64,000 bases of DNA, from contig JAIVFI010000006.1 of assembly GCA_025558095.1 (NCBI GenBank), positions 496,001 through 560,000 of the forward strand. The letters run 5' to 3'. Each line of letters opens with the position of its first letter. The stretch's first letter is position 1. Positions 32,982 to 45,792 of this stretch are shown here, one piece after another. The DNA is from Hyaloraphidium curvatum SAG 235-1 (taxonomy: Eukaryota > Fungi > Monoblepharomycota). The position numbers and the translations under genes were made by a program. The notes beneath the pieces were generated by a model that saw nothing but the letters and a program-made list of their open reading frames with translations, had not been told where the DNA came from and did no database searches.

Positions 32982-35273
32982 TCATTCGTTCTTGTACAGC
33001 GAATTCATGAAGCCAAGTGCCGCCTCCTGCTTTGCGGGGTCCCCGGATGGAGGTATCTGCTTGGTCTCGTCCACGTCCAACATGCGCAAAAGCAGCTCCC
33101 TCGTTTCCACCTCCATCTTGTCGATTTCCGCTTGGCGCTTCAGCGGGATCGCCGCGATTGCGCCGCCCAGGACAGAGTTGGCCGCCAACCAGCCGAGGAT
33201 GGCAACAAGGGTGCCGACCGTTGCACCATGGATGTTCAGGTGGATCTCCTCCCCGGGCTTCCCCGTCGGCGGATCGGGGAACATGCCGACGAGGGTGCCG
33301 TTGGTGATGGCGGCGAAGAACGAGATCGCCAGCATAGCCGAGTGCCACTGCCCGGGGGATTCAACTCGCACCGGGATGGGACGACGGAGGTGGGCAATGA
33401 GCTTGTACAGATCCCCACGGAGCTCCAGGAAGTTGTTGACGAGAGAGAAGACCACGCCCAGTGGCAAACCGAGCGCAAACATGGCGACGTAGCCGAACTG
33501 CGAGACGAGCTGCAGCGAAAAGGAGCTCGATCAGCAGTCCGGAGGACACGCGACCAGGTGTCGAACCTCGGCGTACTCTCCATACGGGTCCCATTCCGGC
33601 CTGTCAATCTCCTCCCTAATCTGCCGCACCACCACGTCGCTAATGGCATCGAGCTCGGCGGACGCAGCGCGGCTGCGGAAGAGGCTGACCACCTGCTTCA
33701 CGATCACAGGCTGCAAGTTCTCCTGAACGAACTGAACGATCTGAGCCGTGATGAGGTAGTACTGGATGTAGGCTTTCAGGCGCTCGGGATGGGGTGCGTT
33801 CGGCAGGAACCAGTAGCGGCCCGCAAGAGGACTTGCGGGGAGTATGGTGCGTTACGATGATGGCAGAGTCCACCCACGAGCACACCCACTAGTAGAAGTA
33901 GAGGAGGAACGCGAGGTAGCTGAATCCCGTGACGGCGTTGAAGAGAAAGATCTTGGCCGTGATTGAATCGTTGTGGCCGTTCACCGTTTCGTAGTTCTCA
34001 CGAAGGGTCAGATACTTGGCCAATCGAGTGAGCTGCTCGGAGATCGGCCCGACGCCCGCGGCATCTGTTCAGCGAGCGAACAGGTCAGAGGTGTTCGGAC
34101 GGTCGCCAGCAACTCCTTACAGGCGATGATTGGAGCAACCTTAAACTGTTGGTGAAGCATTGAGAAGGGCACCGCGAGCCAGCGTTGAAAATGCTCACCA
34201 AAGTGGCGTGCGGCCCTTCGTAGTACTCGTACGCCCAGGTCTCGATCCCGAAAACCGCAAGGTTGAGCAGAAACAGGGCAAACGACGACGCCAAAACGAA
34301 CGGGATCGAAACGGTGAGCTTCAGAATCCACCGCCTCAGGGGCGCGTCGGGCATGAAGAGCGTTCCCGTAAGGGGATTGATGACTGGCCTTTCAGGAACG
34401 AAGCCTGGTCGCGGCTGGTCCGCTCGGGATACGTTTTTGGTCCGCCAAAGAAGAGCAAGATCCCGGGCCTTCCGGAACCAAGCCTGGATGAAGACGATGG
34501 ACCACAAGACGATGAAGGTGGCAAAAAGTCCCGAGTACGGCCGGAGCAGGAAGTGAACGAGCACGGCGATAACCGAAGGAACGGCCAGGTAGCGCGTGTA
34601 GAAGTGCACAAAGGCGAAGTAGAAAGCCACACGTTCCCCGTGGTGGTCGCGCAAGCTCGTAAGATCGGCCTCCGTCAGAGCCCACTTGGAACCGACGGCG
34701 GCCAGCCACGATTTGTTGAAGTTCTGGTCTTGGAGCCCCATGACGGCTTCCACGCCCTCTGTGCCCGCGCGAATTCCGAGGCCACCGGCTCCCGGATCCC
34801 CCGTCACAAGAGCATGGACAAGGCGGAGGCGTTCCGCGGGTGTCAGCTCAACCACGGCCGCCGATCGAGGGCCTTTCGCGCAGGGAGTTTGGGGGGTTTC
34901 ATTAGTTACGATCCGATTGCGGGCTATTCGTTGCTCACCTTTCTTGGTGATCAGATCCCGTGTCAGAAGCGTCGGCACGTTGTGTAGCCAGTCAGCGACT
35001 CTGACAGGTGGGGGACACCGCTTCAGCGAGACCCTCGCTCCCGTGCGGCGTGCCGCACCTCGCGCGGTTTGCAAGCACCTCCATGAGCTCATCCGGCGCG
35101 TAGAGGCAGGCGGCGACAAGTTTTCGCCGTTGGACGAGCTTCCCGTCGACCTCCAATCCCGAGGAGACCAGGCGCGTCACGACGTCGCGCCATGCTCGCG
35201 TGTCCTGCGACGCATCGCCAGAGAGCCGAAAAACCACCACGAGGTCAAAAGCGGGGGCGATGGCCGCAGGCAT
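32982..35273 (-). CDS. IST2: Anoctamin/TMEM16 family (Ist2-like) channel or scramblase
   Basis: LTPAERLRLVH, LRDHHGERVAFYFAF, EYAE|LVSQFGYVAMF, VNNFLELRGDLYKL, RRPIPVRVES. Confidence 0.88.
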
Positions 35274-35422
35274 TGTGGCGCGTCTTCGTCGCCACCAATG
35301 GGTGACTTCCCGCAGCCGTTTAGAAGCTCTAAACCGCCTTCCAAACCGAGTTTAGAACGTTCGGTGTAGAACGGCATTCCAAACCTTAACCGTTGTCGTC
35401 GAATTCGTAACCCCACTCCGCC

Positions 35423-36310
35423 ATGGCGGACGGGGAAGACCATGAAGATTTCGTCCACGAAGATCCCCAAGGCACCCCAGACCCGCCGCCGCCCGCGCGC
35501 GGCCGTGGGCGCGGCACTCGAGGCGGTGTCTTCGCCCCCCGCGGCCGCGGCGCCGGTCAGGCGGTTCCCACGGTCCCGAACCTCTTTCATCCTACCGGCG
35601 TCGTCACCGAGCTCGACACACGATCAAGGCCTCCAACGTGGGCGCGGCGGCGCCCGCCACCCAGCTCGCGGGATGGGTCGTGGTGGGCGAGGTGGTCGAG
35701 GCGGTCACAATGCTCCCCAAGAACCCGAGACCGACGGCGCTCCACCGCTGCCTCGCGGTCGAGATGGACGCGGTGCTCGCGGCGGTCGGGCCGACGCAGG
35801 CCGAGGCGGCCGTCAGCAGGGAGCAAGCACGTGGACGAGGGAGGACCTGATCGGGGAGCGACGCTTATCCCGGCCGCGGACTCCTCAACTGCGTGCAAGA
35901 GCGGATCGAACATGCAGAGGCTACAGGGGACATCTCGGTGCTCCCTGTTGGCCAGGACGCGTACGAGGATCTGACGAACGAGTAAGTGCAGGACGCCGAT
36001 TTCACCTTGATCGACCTGACATCATCCCGCCAAGCTACAACCGGCGCGTGCGTCAGGGACACCCGGAACGCACGTCAGACCAGGTCAAGAACAAGTTCAC
36101 CGCGCTGGTCAAGTCCAAGAAGCCCACCGGCGACCCCTCGTGCCCCACCCCGGTGAAGATGGCGAAGAGACAGAACCGTGCAATCGAAGACATGTACGGC
36201 ATGGCCGATCTCGGCGGCGAGGAGGACGCCGAGTACGCCGAAGACGACGAGGAGGACGGCGGGGGTGATGGAGGGGATGATGGCGGCGCTCCGGACGAGG
36301 GATTTGGTAG
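35423..36310 (+). pseudogene. Harbinger accessory Myb/SANT-like (DUF6818-like) gene, truncated or degenerate
   Basis: YNRR...RTSDQVKNKFTALVKSKKPTGDPSCPTPVKMAKRQNRAIE followed by an acidic tract; RG-rich N-terminus; breaks off at the internal junction. Confidence 0.65.
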
Positions 36311-36561
36311 GTGGTCCAACACGGTGGTCAAGATCATGGAGCGCTCGTCGCCGCTGTTGTATTGCATGGCCCACGGCGTCCCCAGGCGCGGGTTGGGCAG
36401 GAGCGTGGTGGTCGGGTCAAGTACGTCCGAATGCGCCGCGCCTTCTTCTCCTCCCGCGCTCCATGGAAGTCCAGATAGAGCGCCGCCATGCCGGCCATTG
36501 CCAGCAGGTCAGATTCATCGTCTGACGCCTCGTTATCGCTGTCTGCGAGGGCGGACGGCAT
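36311..36561 (-). pseudogene. N-terminal fragment of a fungal-type Harbinger transposase (no DDE domain)
   Basis: RTYLTRP, a frameshift, then GTPWAMQYNSGDERSMILTTVLD, resembling the YLTRP..LP.P...TPW....S..DR..I.T.G.D N-terminus of fungal PIF-like transposases (recalled, not searched). Confidence 0.6.
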
Positions 36562-36866
36562 CGCGGGGGGTTTGGATTCCTGTGTTGTTTGGAAGCTCCA
36601 AACACCGCCCCGCGTGCTCCTGCGGGATCCCAGCCTAGACATCTCTATTCCCAAACCGCCCTTTAGAAACTTCTAAACCCCTGCGGGAAGTCACCCAATC
36701 CTCGAGCGGCTGATCAACCCATCGAGTACGCGATCACCAGGTAAAGCAATGGTATTCAGTCAAAGTCACAGCATCAGATCGAATTCCAGGGTATCTGTTT
36801 TGGCAGCGCGCCCTCGGCCGACAGCGCACGCGTCGAATGCGAGCCCCCCCTGCCACAATCCATCAC

Positions 36867-38864
36867 TCAACTCAGCCTGGACACGACGGTGTTGGTCAGG
36901 TTCTTGACACCGTTCGTCCACTTGTCGAGCGCGGAGTACTGAAGAGAACCAAAGCTCCTGCATTCGTTGCGGAATGCGTTACCGACTGCCATGAGCGCAC
37001 GGTGATGTGATAACCCACTCTGTTTGGAGCTCCAGGCGCTGGTTCACTTGGTCGATCCTTCCGTTGATCTTGTTGTCCAAAATCAGATTGACCAGAAGGT
37101 CCTCCACCTCGTGCGGGGAGATGTTCAGTTGCTGTCACCGTGCATGTCAGTCGGGTTGCTTCGCGAACGACGGACTGCACGTGGTCCTCACCCGAGAAGC
37201 GAATGGAATCTCGATGCGAGTGTAAGGCTTGATTAGCCGCACGAGAACCTGCATCCGAATGTTGCGCAGGACATCGTCGATGTAGGTCCGGATGAAGGGA
37301 TCACCCATGATGCTGGCCTTGTTGTCTGGATGGCAAGGGTGAGGATCCAACTTCAAGAAGATGTTTGTCGCGCTGTACCTCTGAGGATCTTCTCGAATTC
37401 CTTGATGTCCTTTCGTTGGTAAGCGTTGACCAGATTCGTCATGGCCTCGATTTGTACGTCATTCTTGTACCTTTTGGAACGAGAGTCAACGACAAATGGT
37501 GCAAGCCAACGAGATCGCCTTACGGCTTGGTCTCCTGCGAGTCGAACGGGTTGATCTGCGACTCCATGAGCATGTTGGCCAGCACGAGGTACTTGAGGCA
37601 GGAGATGCGCTGGGGCGATCCGGCCTCATCGTAGCTCTTAAACGCCTCGAAAAAGTCGGTCTGCGCCTTCTCCCACTCCTTCTCGCTCATGTGCATTTTG
37701 CCTCCGCACTCCCGAATGACGCCCTGGGCGGAGGCGGTCAATGAAATCGCAAAATCGCCAGCGAAGAGGCCCCACCATGATCTTGGGATGGGGGATGGCG
37801 CTCTTGACGTGCAGGCACTGCTGGTACAGAGCCTTGAGCTTCTTGTTGTTCTTCATCTCGGTCATCATCTGGATCTCCAGCGCGAGCACCTCGAGAAGCA
37901 GCGTGCCCTTTCGCTGGTCGTCGGACGAGTCGTCGCTCTCGCAGATCTGGTGCAGCGCCTTGAGGATCTTTGACAGCCGGCCATACTCTTTCCGATCGAG
38001 CCACAGCTTTGCGAGTTTCAAGTTCGTCTTTGTCCACAGCCGCTGATGAAGGCCCACGGCAAATGAAACCGGGCTTTCGACAACAGTTCAGGCTACCCAC
38101 GTCATTCTTTTGCTCCTGCAAGCTGTCCAGCGTCGTGGCGTAGAATTTCTCCAGGAACACCATGTCCGATGCCGTCGAGACAAAGTCCAGGATGTTGTTG
38201 ATAGATTTCTCCGCGTAGTTGCGCGTCACAGATTTCACGTAGGTAAGCAGACGGTCGTAGTTGGCGAGGCACTGCAATGTTCCGTTACCAGAGGGTCGGC
38301 TTCGCCAACAGCCGCGACCCACGTCGTCGTATCGGTTCAGTTTGAACGTGAGCTTCGCCATCTGCTTCAAAGCCTTGAAGCCCCTGATCCAGATCCACGT
38401 CCCATGAGTGGCGAAGGCACAAGGCGGGGCCAAGCGACGTACCAGTCCCCTTTCTCTCCTTCGGCCTCCACCACCGCGTTGAAGTCCTTCAGTGCCCCAT
38501 TTGGATCGTCCTCCTTCTTGCCTGCAACGGCAAAAGCCCGTCAACGCCCGATTCAAGACTGAATCCGACTAAGAACGCGCCTTTCGCGCTGTAGTACTTG
38601 TTCTCGAGCCCGACGTCCGGCTCCTCCGCGTCGTCATCGTCCTCGTATTCTGAGCTTCGGCATGAGCAACCGCCAAGAGCCATTCCACGGGCCTACTACC
38701 GAAGTCAAAGTCCTCATCGTTGTCCTCAATCATAAAGTCCCCATCGTCGGACTGCAAGGCGCGGAGCGCGTCAGTCGTTGACCTCGTCTCCCAGTCTCCC
38801 CGCAACGCGCTTGACGCGTGTTCCGCAGTGCTCAGGAGCCTGGTTCACTGTAAGCTCGTACCAT
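36867..38864 (-). CDS. CSN2: COP9 signalosome subunit 2 (PCI domain), many introns
   Basis: M|[105 protein letters not shown]. Confidence 0.95.
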
Positions 38865-38977
38865 CGCTGTCTAGGTGACCGCGCGGTCGACGCAAGACGC
38901 GTGTCCTAGGTGCTCGAGTGTTGTCAACGGCGGGCGGGCGCGGACATCACGAGTGCGAGGCGGACGAAGCGCGATCG

Positions 38978-39614
38978 ATGTACTCCCGCCTGGGCGGCTC
39001 GCTGCGATGTGCACTGCGATTGGATTCTACAGTGCGAAGATACTCTAAAGCTGGTGTTCCGGATCCGCACTGGGCGGTCGCCTTCACGGAAGGCGACATC
39101 CCCCGGGACCAGCTCTCGATCAAGTTCATGCGCAGCAGCGGACCCGGAGGCCAGAATGTCAACAAAGGCAGAGCATCCGCGTGTCGCGGCGGCTCGCTGG
39201 CTGACCGATGCGGTGTGCAGTCAGCACGAAGGTGGAACTCCGGTTCGAGGTCGACAGCGCACTCTGGATCCCGGACTTTGCCCGCGCGAAGCTGAAGGAC
39301 CAGGAGGCAAACAGGATCAACAAGGCCGGGGAATTCGTATTGACGTCCGATAAATACCGGACTCAGGCCGAGAACATTGAGGACGCCTTTGGGAAGCTCC
39401 ACGAAATCGTCCAGAAAGCCGGTTTCGTGCCCAGGGAGACGTCCGCCGAGACCAAAGCCGCGATCGCTCGGAAGTGAGTGTCCGCCGAGGCGGAGAGCCG
39501 ACCACGTGATCCGAGCCCTAGTAAAGCATCGCCAAGGGTCGAGCTGCTGATCGAGCGTTCAAGGAACGTCACAAGTCGAAAAAATCAGACCGAGGCGGCT
39601 CGTGGCGCGACTGA
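38978..39614 (+). CDS. Mitochondrial peptidyl-tRNA hydrolase, ICT1/Pth4 (RF-1 domain)
   Basis: FMRSSGPGGQNVNK|VSTKVELRF, SDKYRTQAENIEDA, basic tail KERHKSKKSDR; GC-AG intron 39168-39220. Confidence 0.9.
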
Positions 39615-39684
39615 AGCACACCTGTCGAGAGCAATGCATCGCTGGGCATCCGTTCCCTGACTGGAGAACCCTTGCGCAAGTGAT

Positions 39685-42600
39685 TCACCGGTCCTGCCGC
39701 GTTGCGGCGTCGCTTGTGTAGATGGCGACGTGGTCGTCAACGCCGGCCGCGAGCACCAGCCTGTGCGGGTGGTACGCCAAAGGCCTCCCCGCAGGCACTT
39801 GCGAGCGCGTATCTAGCTCGATGTTGCCAAGGACGTCGCCGGAAGGATTCATCGTCACCACGTGATCGGAGGAACTCCAGCTGCGGAGGGTGAATCAGCT
39901 TGGTGCCTCGCAATATCTCGACCTGCTTACCACGATATCAGGCCCGCCCGGTCGTGCACTGCCATGGCAACCATCTCGCCGTCGCTGGACACGTTGTAGG
40001 TCTTTGACGGTTTGCTGTACCGCAGGTCCCACAGCTTAACTTCACCGGAGGCGCTGGGCAATGCATGTTAGAACTTCATTGCTAGCATTGAAGCTCATAG
40101 AGGCCTCACCTGCCGCTGATGAGCTCCTGCGTGCCGGCTCGCTGCAAGAAAACACCCGTGACAGGAGACCCGTTCGACAACGAGCCGACCATGCTGCCAA
40201 ATGCCATTGACTTAAAAAAGCCCCCGTGAGATTCTGCCTATCCCACCTTTCTTTGGCAGCAAGGCGCCTGTCGTAGATCCGGATGTGCCCATCTGTGCAT
40301 CCTGCCACTATGAGCGCGGTCGCGTTCCGGTCGCTGCTCAGGCTAGAGACGGATGCGAGTGTCCGCGTCGGGATGTCCTGCACACAGAGCTCCTTTTCCG
40401 CATCCCAGACCCTGACGGTGCGGACGTCACCGGAGATCAAGAACGACCCCGACGACTGCTGCCATTCGAGGACGAGTCCTTTGTTGTGGTTGCCCGGCAC
40501 CACATCCGTAAGCGATCTCCAGGCCGTCAGCAATTCGACCTTATCCGGAGACTCGTAGTTTCGGTAGATCCTGAGGACGCCGTCGTCTGGTGCACACTCC
40601 GTCAGTCGGTGGAACGCCACCCGAACCGGCTGCCACGCACCGGATCCAACGGCCAGCAGGCCCACGTCATCTTCGTTGATGAGACGCAAAGCAGTCGGCC
40701 GGCTTCCGAGCGGATTTTGGTTGAGGAAAACGTTGAGCTTGGATCCGAGCACCCAGTCCCAAACGCTTCGGCGCTGCGTGAGCGACTGGACAACAGGGCG
40801 GTGAAGCAGCTTACGTGATAACATCGCGATCGCTGGCAGCGATCAAATGAGGCTCATACGAGTGAAACGCGACAGTCTGGACACTCTTTTGGCCCGTCGC
40901 GAGTGTCCTCGTCCGCTCCTCCAGCTTGCGAGTGGCGGCCAAGGGTTGGAGCCGCTGCGCTTGCGCGACGAGTTTCTCGTTCCTTTGATGTCGCCACTGC
41001 TTCTCGATGTAGCGCACGCTGCCGGGATCGTCGACCTCGGGCACCTGTTCCCAGACCCGTCAAGAAAGCACCCGCGCCATCTGACCGCAACGCACCTTCA
41101 TCTGCGGCTCAGCGAAGTACTCGCAGCACCACTCGAAAAAGACAGACTGGATTGGGGAAGGGTTGGCTTTCCAGGTCCGCGCGAGCTCCTCCAGCCCAGG
41201 TCGCCGACGCGCCTCGTAACCCGCGACCGCGGGCACGACCGGCTCAAGATTCCGGCGGGGTGCAAAACGGGACACGAAAGGTGCAGACTCTTTCCCGGCA
41301 TCCCCATCCACGGGCCTCTGTCCGTTAGCCATGCCCAGGCCAAGCTCTGGCGCAGACTGCGCCCCCGATAGTTGCTGCGGTGGCTTTGCGACGGAACCAC
41401 CAAGAGGGGTGCGTTTCTCCACATCCGCCAAAGTCACTTTGACGGATACCGCTGAGGCCTGGGAAGCCGCCGAGTACTTGTCCAAAATGGTTGGCAAGAG
41501 GTAACTGTAGGTGATTTGATCCACAAGCTCGGTTGCGAGAGTCGCGATCTCTGGATGCGGGTCCACCGCGAGGTTCAAGAGCACCTTCCAAAGGCAACCG
41601 TAGACCGAAAGCTGGCCATTGGAAGCTTGGTATAGGCCATCGGGAATACTTGACGCTCCCTTGGGCCTCGCGTCCTCGGCAGCAACCTGTTGCCGTTTGC
41701 GTTCCTCCTCCACGAGCTCGGCCGCAGCGGCGACGAAGCGGCTCGCGTTGAGGGCGACCAGCTTGGAAATGGTCGTGAGAAACTCGCGCCGGACCAGCGG
41801 GCTGGCATCCGTGGTGGCCACCAGCATGGCCAGCGCAACATTCTGCTCGATGGAGAGCACCTGGTCGGACTTGTCGAGGTCCCCGAAAAAGGTGCCAAGG
41901 GCCAGCATGGCGCCGGCCCGGACTTCCGGCACGATGTCCTGCAGCATGGCGCTGAGCTTTTCGTGCACAGACTCCTTCACCGCCAGCCACTTGGCCTCCG
42001 GAAACCTGCTCCACAGCTCCGCCATGCAGATTGCGGCCCATTGCCGCAGCAGCGGATCCGGGTCCGCGAGGTGCTGGGCGCAGGACGCGAGCAGGTTTGC
42101 CTTCAAGCACGCCTGCTGGCCCTGGCGAAAGTCGTGGCAAAACACCGACAGTATGAAGCAGCACATTGCCCTGTGTTCCGAGATGTTGGGTATAGGGGGC
42201 ATGTTGGCGTTGGAAGCCAGGATGTTGACAAAGTAGAGGAAGCCGTTGTCCTTGAGCAGGTCATTTTGGCACGACGAGTCCACGGCAAGGATCTTTGCCC
42301 AAATGAAGACCAGGACGGGCTTCAGCTCCGCCGCGGGACTCTGTAGGAGCTTCAGCACATAGGGAAAGATGCCCACCGACAGCGCCAGGTTGACTGCCCA
42401 GGGGCCCAGATCCAAGAATCTGCTCAGCAGCATGAGGGCCCTCAGCCTGTGCACCTGGCTGAGGAGAACCTGGAGCACAATCGGCAGCTGCTCCGGCGGT
42501 TTCCTCGAGATTGCCCCGCGCGCCAACCAGACTTCGAAAGCCGTCAGCTGCTCCGCAAAGAAGGAGCTGTGGCGGTATTCGACGGCCTTGGTCTGACCGT

Positions 42601-44086
42601 TGCCTGAACCGGCAGGTGCGCCAGATCCTGGTGCCCCGTTCGCCACGGGGACAACCCCAGCACCAACCCCCGGGTTCATCAAAGACAGGCTCATCGTCGA
42701 AGCGGACGTGTTAGCTATCGGGGGAAGGCTGGTGTTGGCCGCAACGGCCCCTGCGCCCTGTGCTGCGCCGGCAGCGGCCGTCCCGCCGGTGGCCAGCGGC
42801 GAGACAGGATCAATGAGCACAGGGCCGGCGTTCTCCTCCCCCGCGAGAAGGCCGGGCAGCTGTGCCAGGACCATATCGGCCGCGAGATCCCAAGCCTGCC
42901 ACAGAGGATGCTGGTGGGTCGGGGGAAGTTCCGGGTACGAGAGTGGCGTGCAGTTGTAGGACCTCATGATCCGCTCCGCCAGGAGAAAGTTCCGAAACAA
43001 CGCGGCCACCATAAGATCCTGGCGGAAGAGCTTTTTGAACAGGTCGTGCGGGAGCACGTTCCACGCGATTGTGTCCGTGATGGCAGTGAAGATCCAGTTG
43101 AGCTCCCCCAGAGGCGTCCGGCGGTCATTCAAACGCCCCGGGATCTTCATGATCATGTCCGACGTCACGTTCGTGAGCAGCGAATTCTGCGTCACGAACC
43201 ATCGGAGGGCGATTTCGATCGGCGTCGTCAGGCAGCAGGTGAAGATGTCAGCGGGCAAATCGGGGTTCATGGGGAGGGTCTCGGTCGGTCCGCACGCGGC
43301 GAGCTGGATGCATTCCCGAAAAGGAACGTAGGGAGACGGCATGGTCGCCCCTGGGGCCGTCCCCGCCGCCGCTGCGGCCGGATCAGGCGAGGCAGGCGGG
43401 TCACTCGGCCCCAGCGCCTGACCCCCCGTCTGCCGCAGGGCCTCGGCATCCCTCTGCTCCGCAAAGCGATTGAACGACAGCAGGATGTTGCCGGCGTTCG
43501 AGCAGTCGTAGACAAAAATGCACGGCGACCCGAGCCACGTCTGGATGTCGTAGATGGACACGGGGATATACTGGGTGTAGTTCTTGTTGAAGACCCAAAT
43601 CTCGCCGCCGGGAGTGGGGCGCGGCACGCCGTGCCCGTTGTAGTGGAAGAGGATGCGCTCCTCCTTGGCGTTGCGCCGCAGGGAGAAGCACAGCTTCTTG
43701 GTCTCCTCGACCGACGGGTCCAGCGACAGCTTGTAGCGCGCCCGCGGCTGCCACACCTCGTACTGCTGCTGCAGGTTGCGGCCGATGTTCTCCAGCGCCT
43801 TCTGCGGCGGCATGGAGAAGGGGTCGACCCACGCCTCCAGCTTCGCGGCCGGGTTGGTCTTGACGAGGTCCGGCGGGTCGATGCCGATGTTCAGGCACAG
43901 CACCAGGGCGACCGACACGGTCTTCAGGCGCTGCGTCATCTTCCAGTCCGTGGCGGGATGCTTCGCGGGATGGTCGCCGTCGGGCCTGCCGCCGGTCTCG
44001 TGGCGCCTCTCCGTGAAGAACGCCATCGCCGGGCCGGCCGCCGCCGCCGCCGCCGATTGCAAGCCGGCCTGAAGCACGTCTGGCAT
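39685..44086 (-). CDS. KOG1: TORC1 subunit Raptor/Kog1
   Basis: LKTVSVALVLCLNIGIDPPD, ERILFHYNGHGVPRPT, PPEQLPIVLQVLLSQVHRLRAL, HEAT region, C-terminal WD40 (DGVLRIYRNY, WQQSSG, GEVKLWDLR). Confidence 0.97.
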
Positions 44087-44224
44087 TGCGGCGGGGCCCG
44101 CGACGCGACGTCCGCGCCTCGCAGGGGACCGTGCGGCCGGCTATCGGAACTGATCGATCGGGAGGCGGCCGCCCGCGAACCGCAGCCAAAGTCGAGGACA
44201 CGCGCACCGCCGCCGAGGCGCTGC

Positions 44225-45752
44225 ATGGACCGCACAGCTCCCGCGGCGTCGGAAGTCATCGCCCTCGCGCAGAAGTCGCCCGCGCGTTCCCCCGCGCGCT
44301 CGCGCTCGGGCAGCCGCGACGCCGGCCCGCGAGGGACGTCCGCCACCGACGACGCCGCCGACGCCGACACGATGGCCCGCGAGGCGCTGCTGGACGGTCC
44401 CGAGAAGCGCCCGGATTGGGCGCTGCCGCCGCCGGTGTCGAAGCAGGCCGAGCGCGCCCACTCGATGGGCACAATCGCCTCGGTCGTGGCATTCTACTGG
44501 GTTTCGTCGCTCGCGGTCGTCTTCCTCAACAAGTTCATTCTGAGCTACGGGGACTACAAGTTTCCCTACCCGCTGTGGGTCCTCGCGGGATGGCGCGGCC
44601 AACGCAGCTGAATGTGGCCGGCCTCGTCTCGCGAAGCTTCGTAACGTGGTACCAGCTCGCGGTGGCCCTCTTGCTCCTGCTGGTATGGGGTCATCTGGGC
44701 AAATCGTGGGTTCCGCCAGGAGCCTTGTTCTCGCACGCCACCTAATGTTGAGTGCCGGTCCCCCTCCTCGGTCACCAGGTACACGGCCCTCTCACTCGTG
44801 CCGCCGTTCGAATTCAACCTTGACATCGCGCGCCGCGTGGCCCCGTTGACGTTCATCTACGTCATGATGCTCGCGCTCAACAACCTCTGCCTGCAATATG
44901 TCGAGGTCACGTTCTACCAAGTCGCCCGGTCGCTGACCATCATCTTCAACATCATCCTGACCTACACGATCCTGGGAACCACGACCTCGTCGCAGGCCAT
45001 CGCGGCCTGCGCCGTTGTTTTTGCCGGCTTCATCATCGGGTCGGCCGGCGAAATCAACTTCAGCTGGGCCGGCATCTTCTTTGGCGTGGGCTCGAGCCTC
45101 TTCGTGGCTCTCTACGGCATCTACGTCAAGAAGACCCTGGCGGTCGTCGACAACAACCAGTGGCGCCTGCTCCACTACAACACGGCCCTTAGCATTTTCT
45201 TCCTCGCCCCGCTCGTTTTCCTCGCTGGCGAGGTGACCGACATCCTCCGCAACGTCAACTTCCTCGGCAGCATGACGTGAGCGCAAGATGTGTCCCCCTA
45301 GGATGGCGCTGATTGTTCCGTCATAGGTTCTGGAGCGTCATGACCGTCACAGGCGTGACGGGGTTCCTGATCAACATCTCCACTTTCCTCCAGGTGTGCC
45401 CGATTGCTTTGCGCGCTATCCACATTCACTCACTCGCTGCTCCGTTCTACAGATCAAGTACACCTCGCCGCTGACGAACACCATTTCCGGAACAGCCAAA
45501 GCTTGCGTGCAGACGATCCTGGGAGGCTTCATTTTCCGGAATCCGATATCTCTTATGGTGCGCCGTCGCCGCAGTTTCGTTCTGCCTCACTTTTTGAACC
45601 AACGCCCCCGCAGAATGGCTTTGGTATCTTCTTATCTCTGGCTGGCAGCACGTACTACAGCTGGGTGAGTATTCGCGTCGGCTTTCATCGAATTACTCTT
45701 GCGACTAATGGTGTCTATTGCGCTACAGGTCAGATTCAAGGAAATGAAGTAA
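44225..45752 (+). CDS. GDP-fucose transporter (SLC35C1-like nucleotide-sugar transporter)
   Basis: YWVSSLAVVFLNK, FVTWYQ, NNLCLQYVEVTFYQVARSLT, QIKYTSPLTNTISGTAKACVQT. Confidence 0.88.
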
Positions 45753-45792
45753 TCTGTATGAATCAATTGGAAATGCAAAGCCCCCGACCATG

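Larger units (their letters stand above)
35300..36696. mobile_element. Non-autonomous (internally deleted) PIF/Harbinger DNA transposon, 1397 bp
   Basis: Perfect 16-bp TIR GGGTGACTTCCCGCAG (35300-35315 / 36681-36696), extending imperfectly to about 33 bp; AAT on both sides (35297-35299, 36697-36699); Myb-like ORF relic on + and transposase N-terminal relic on -. Confidence 0.88.
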
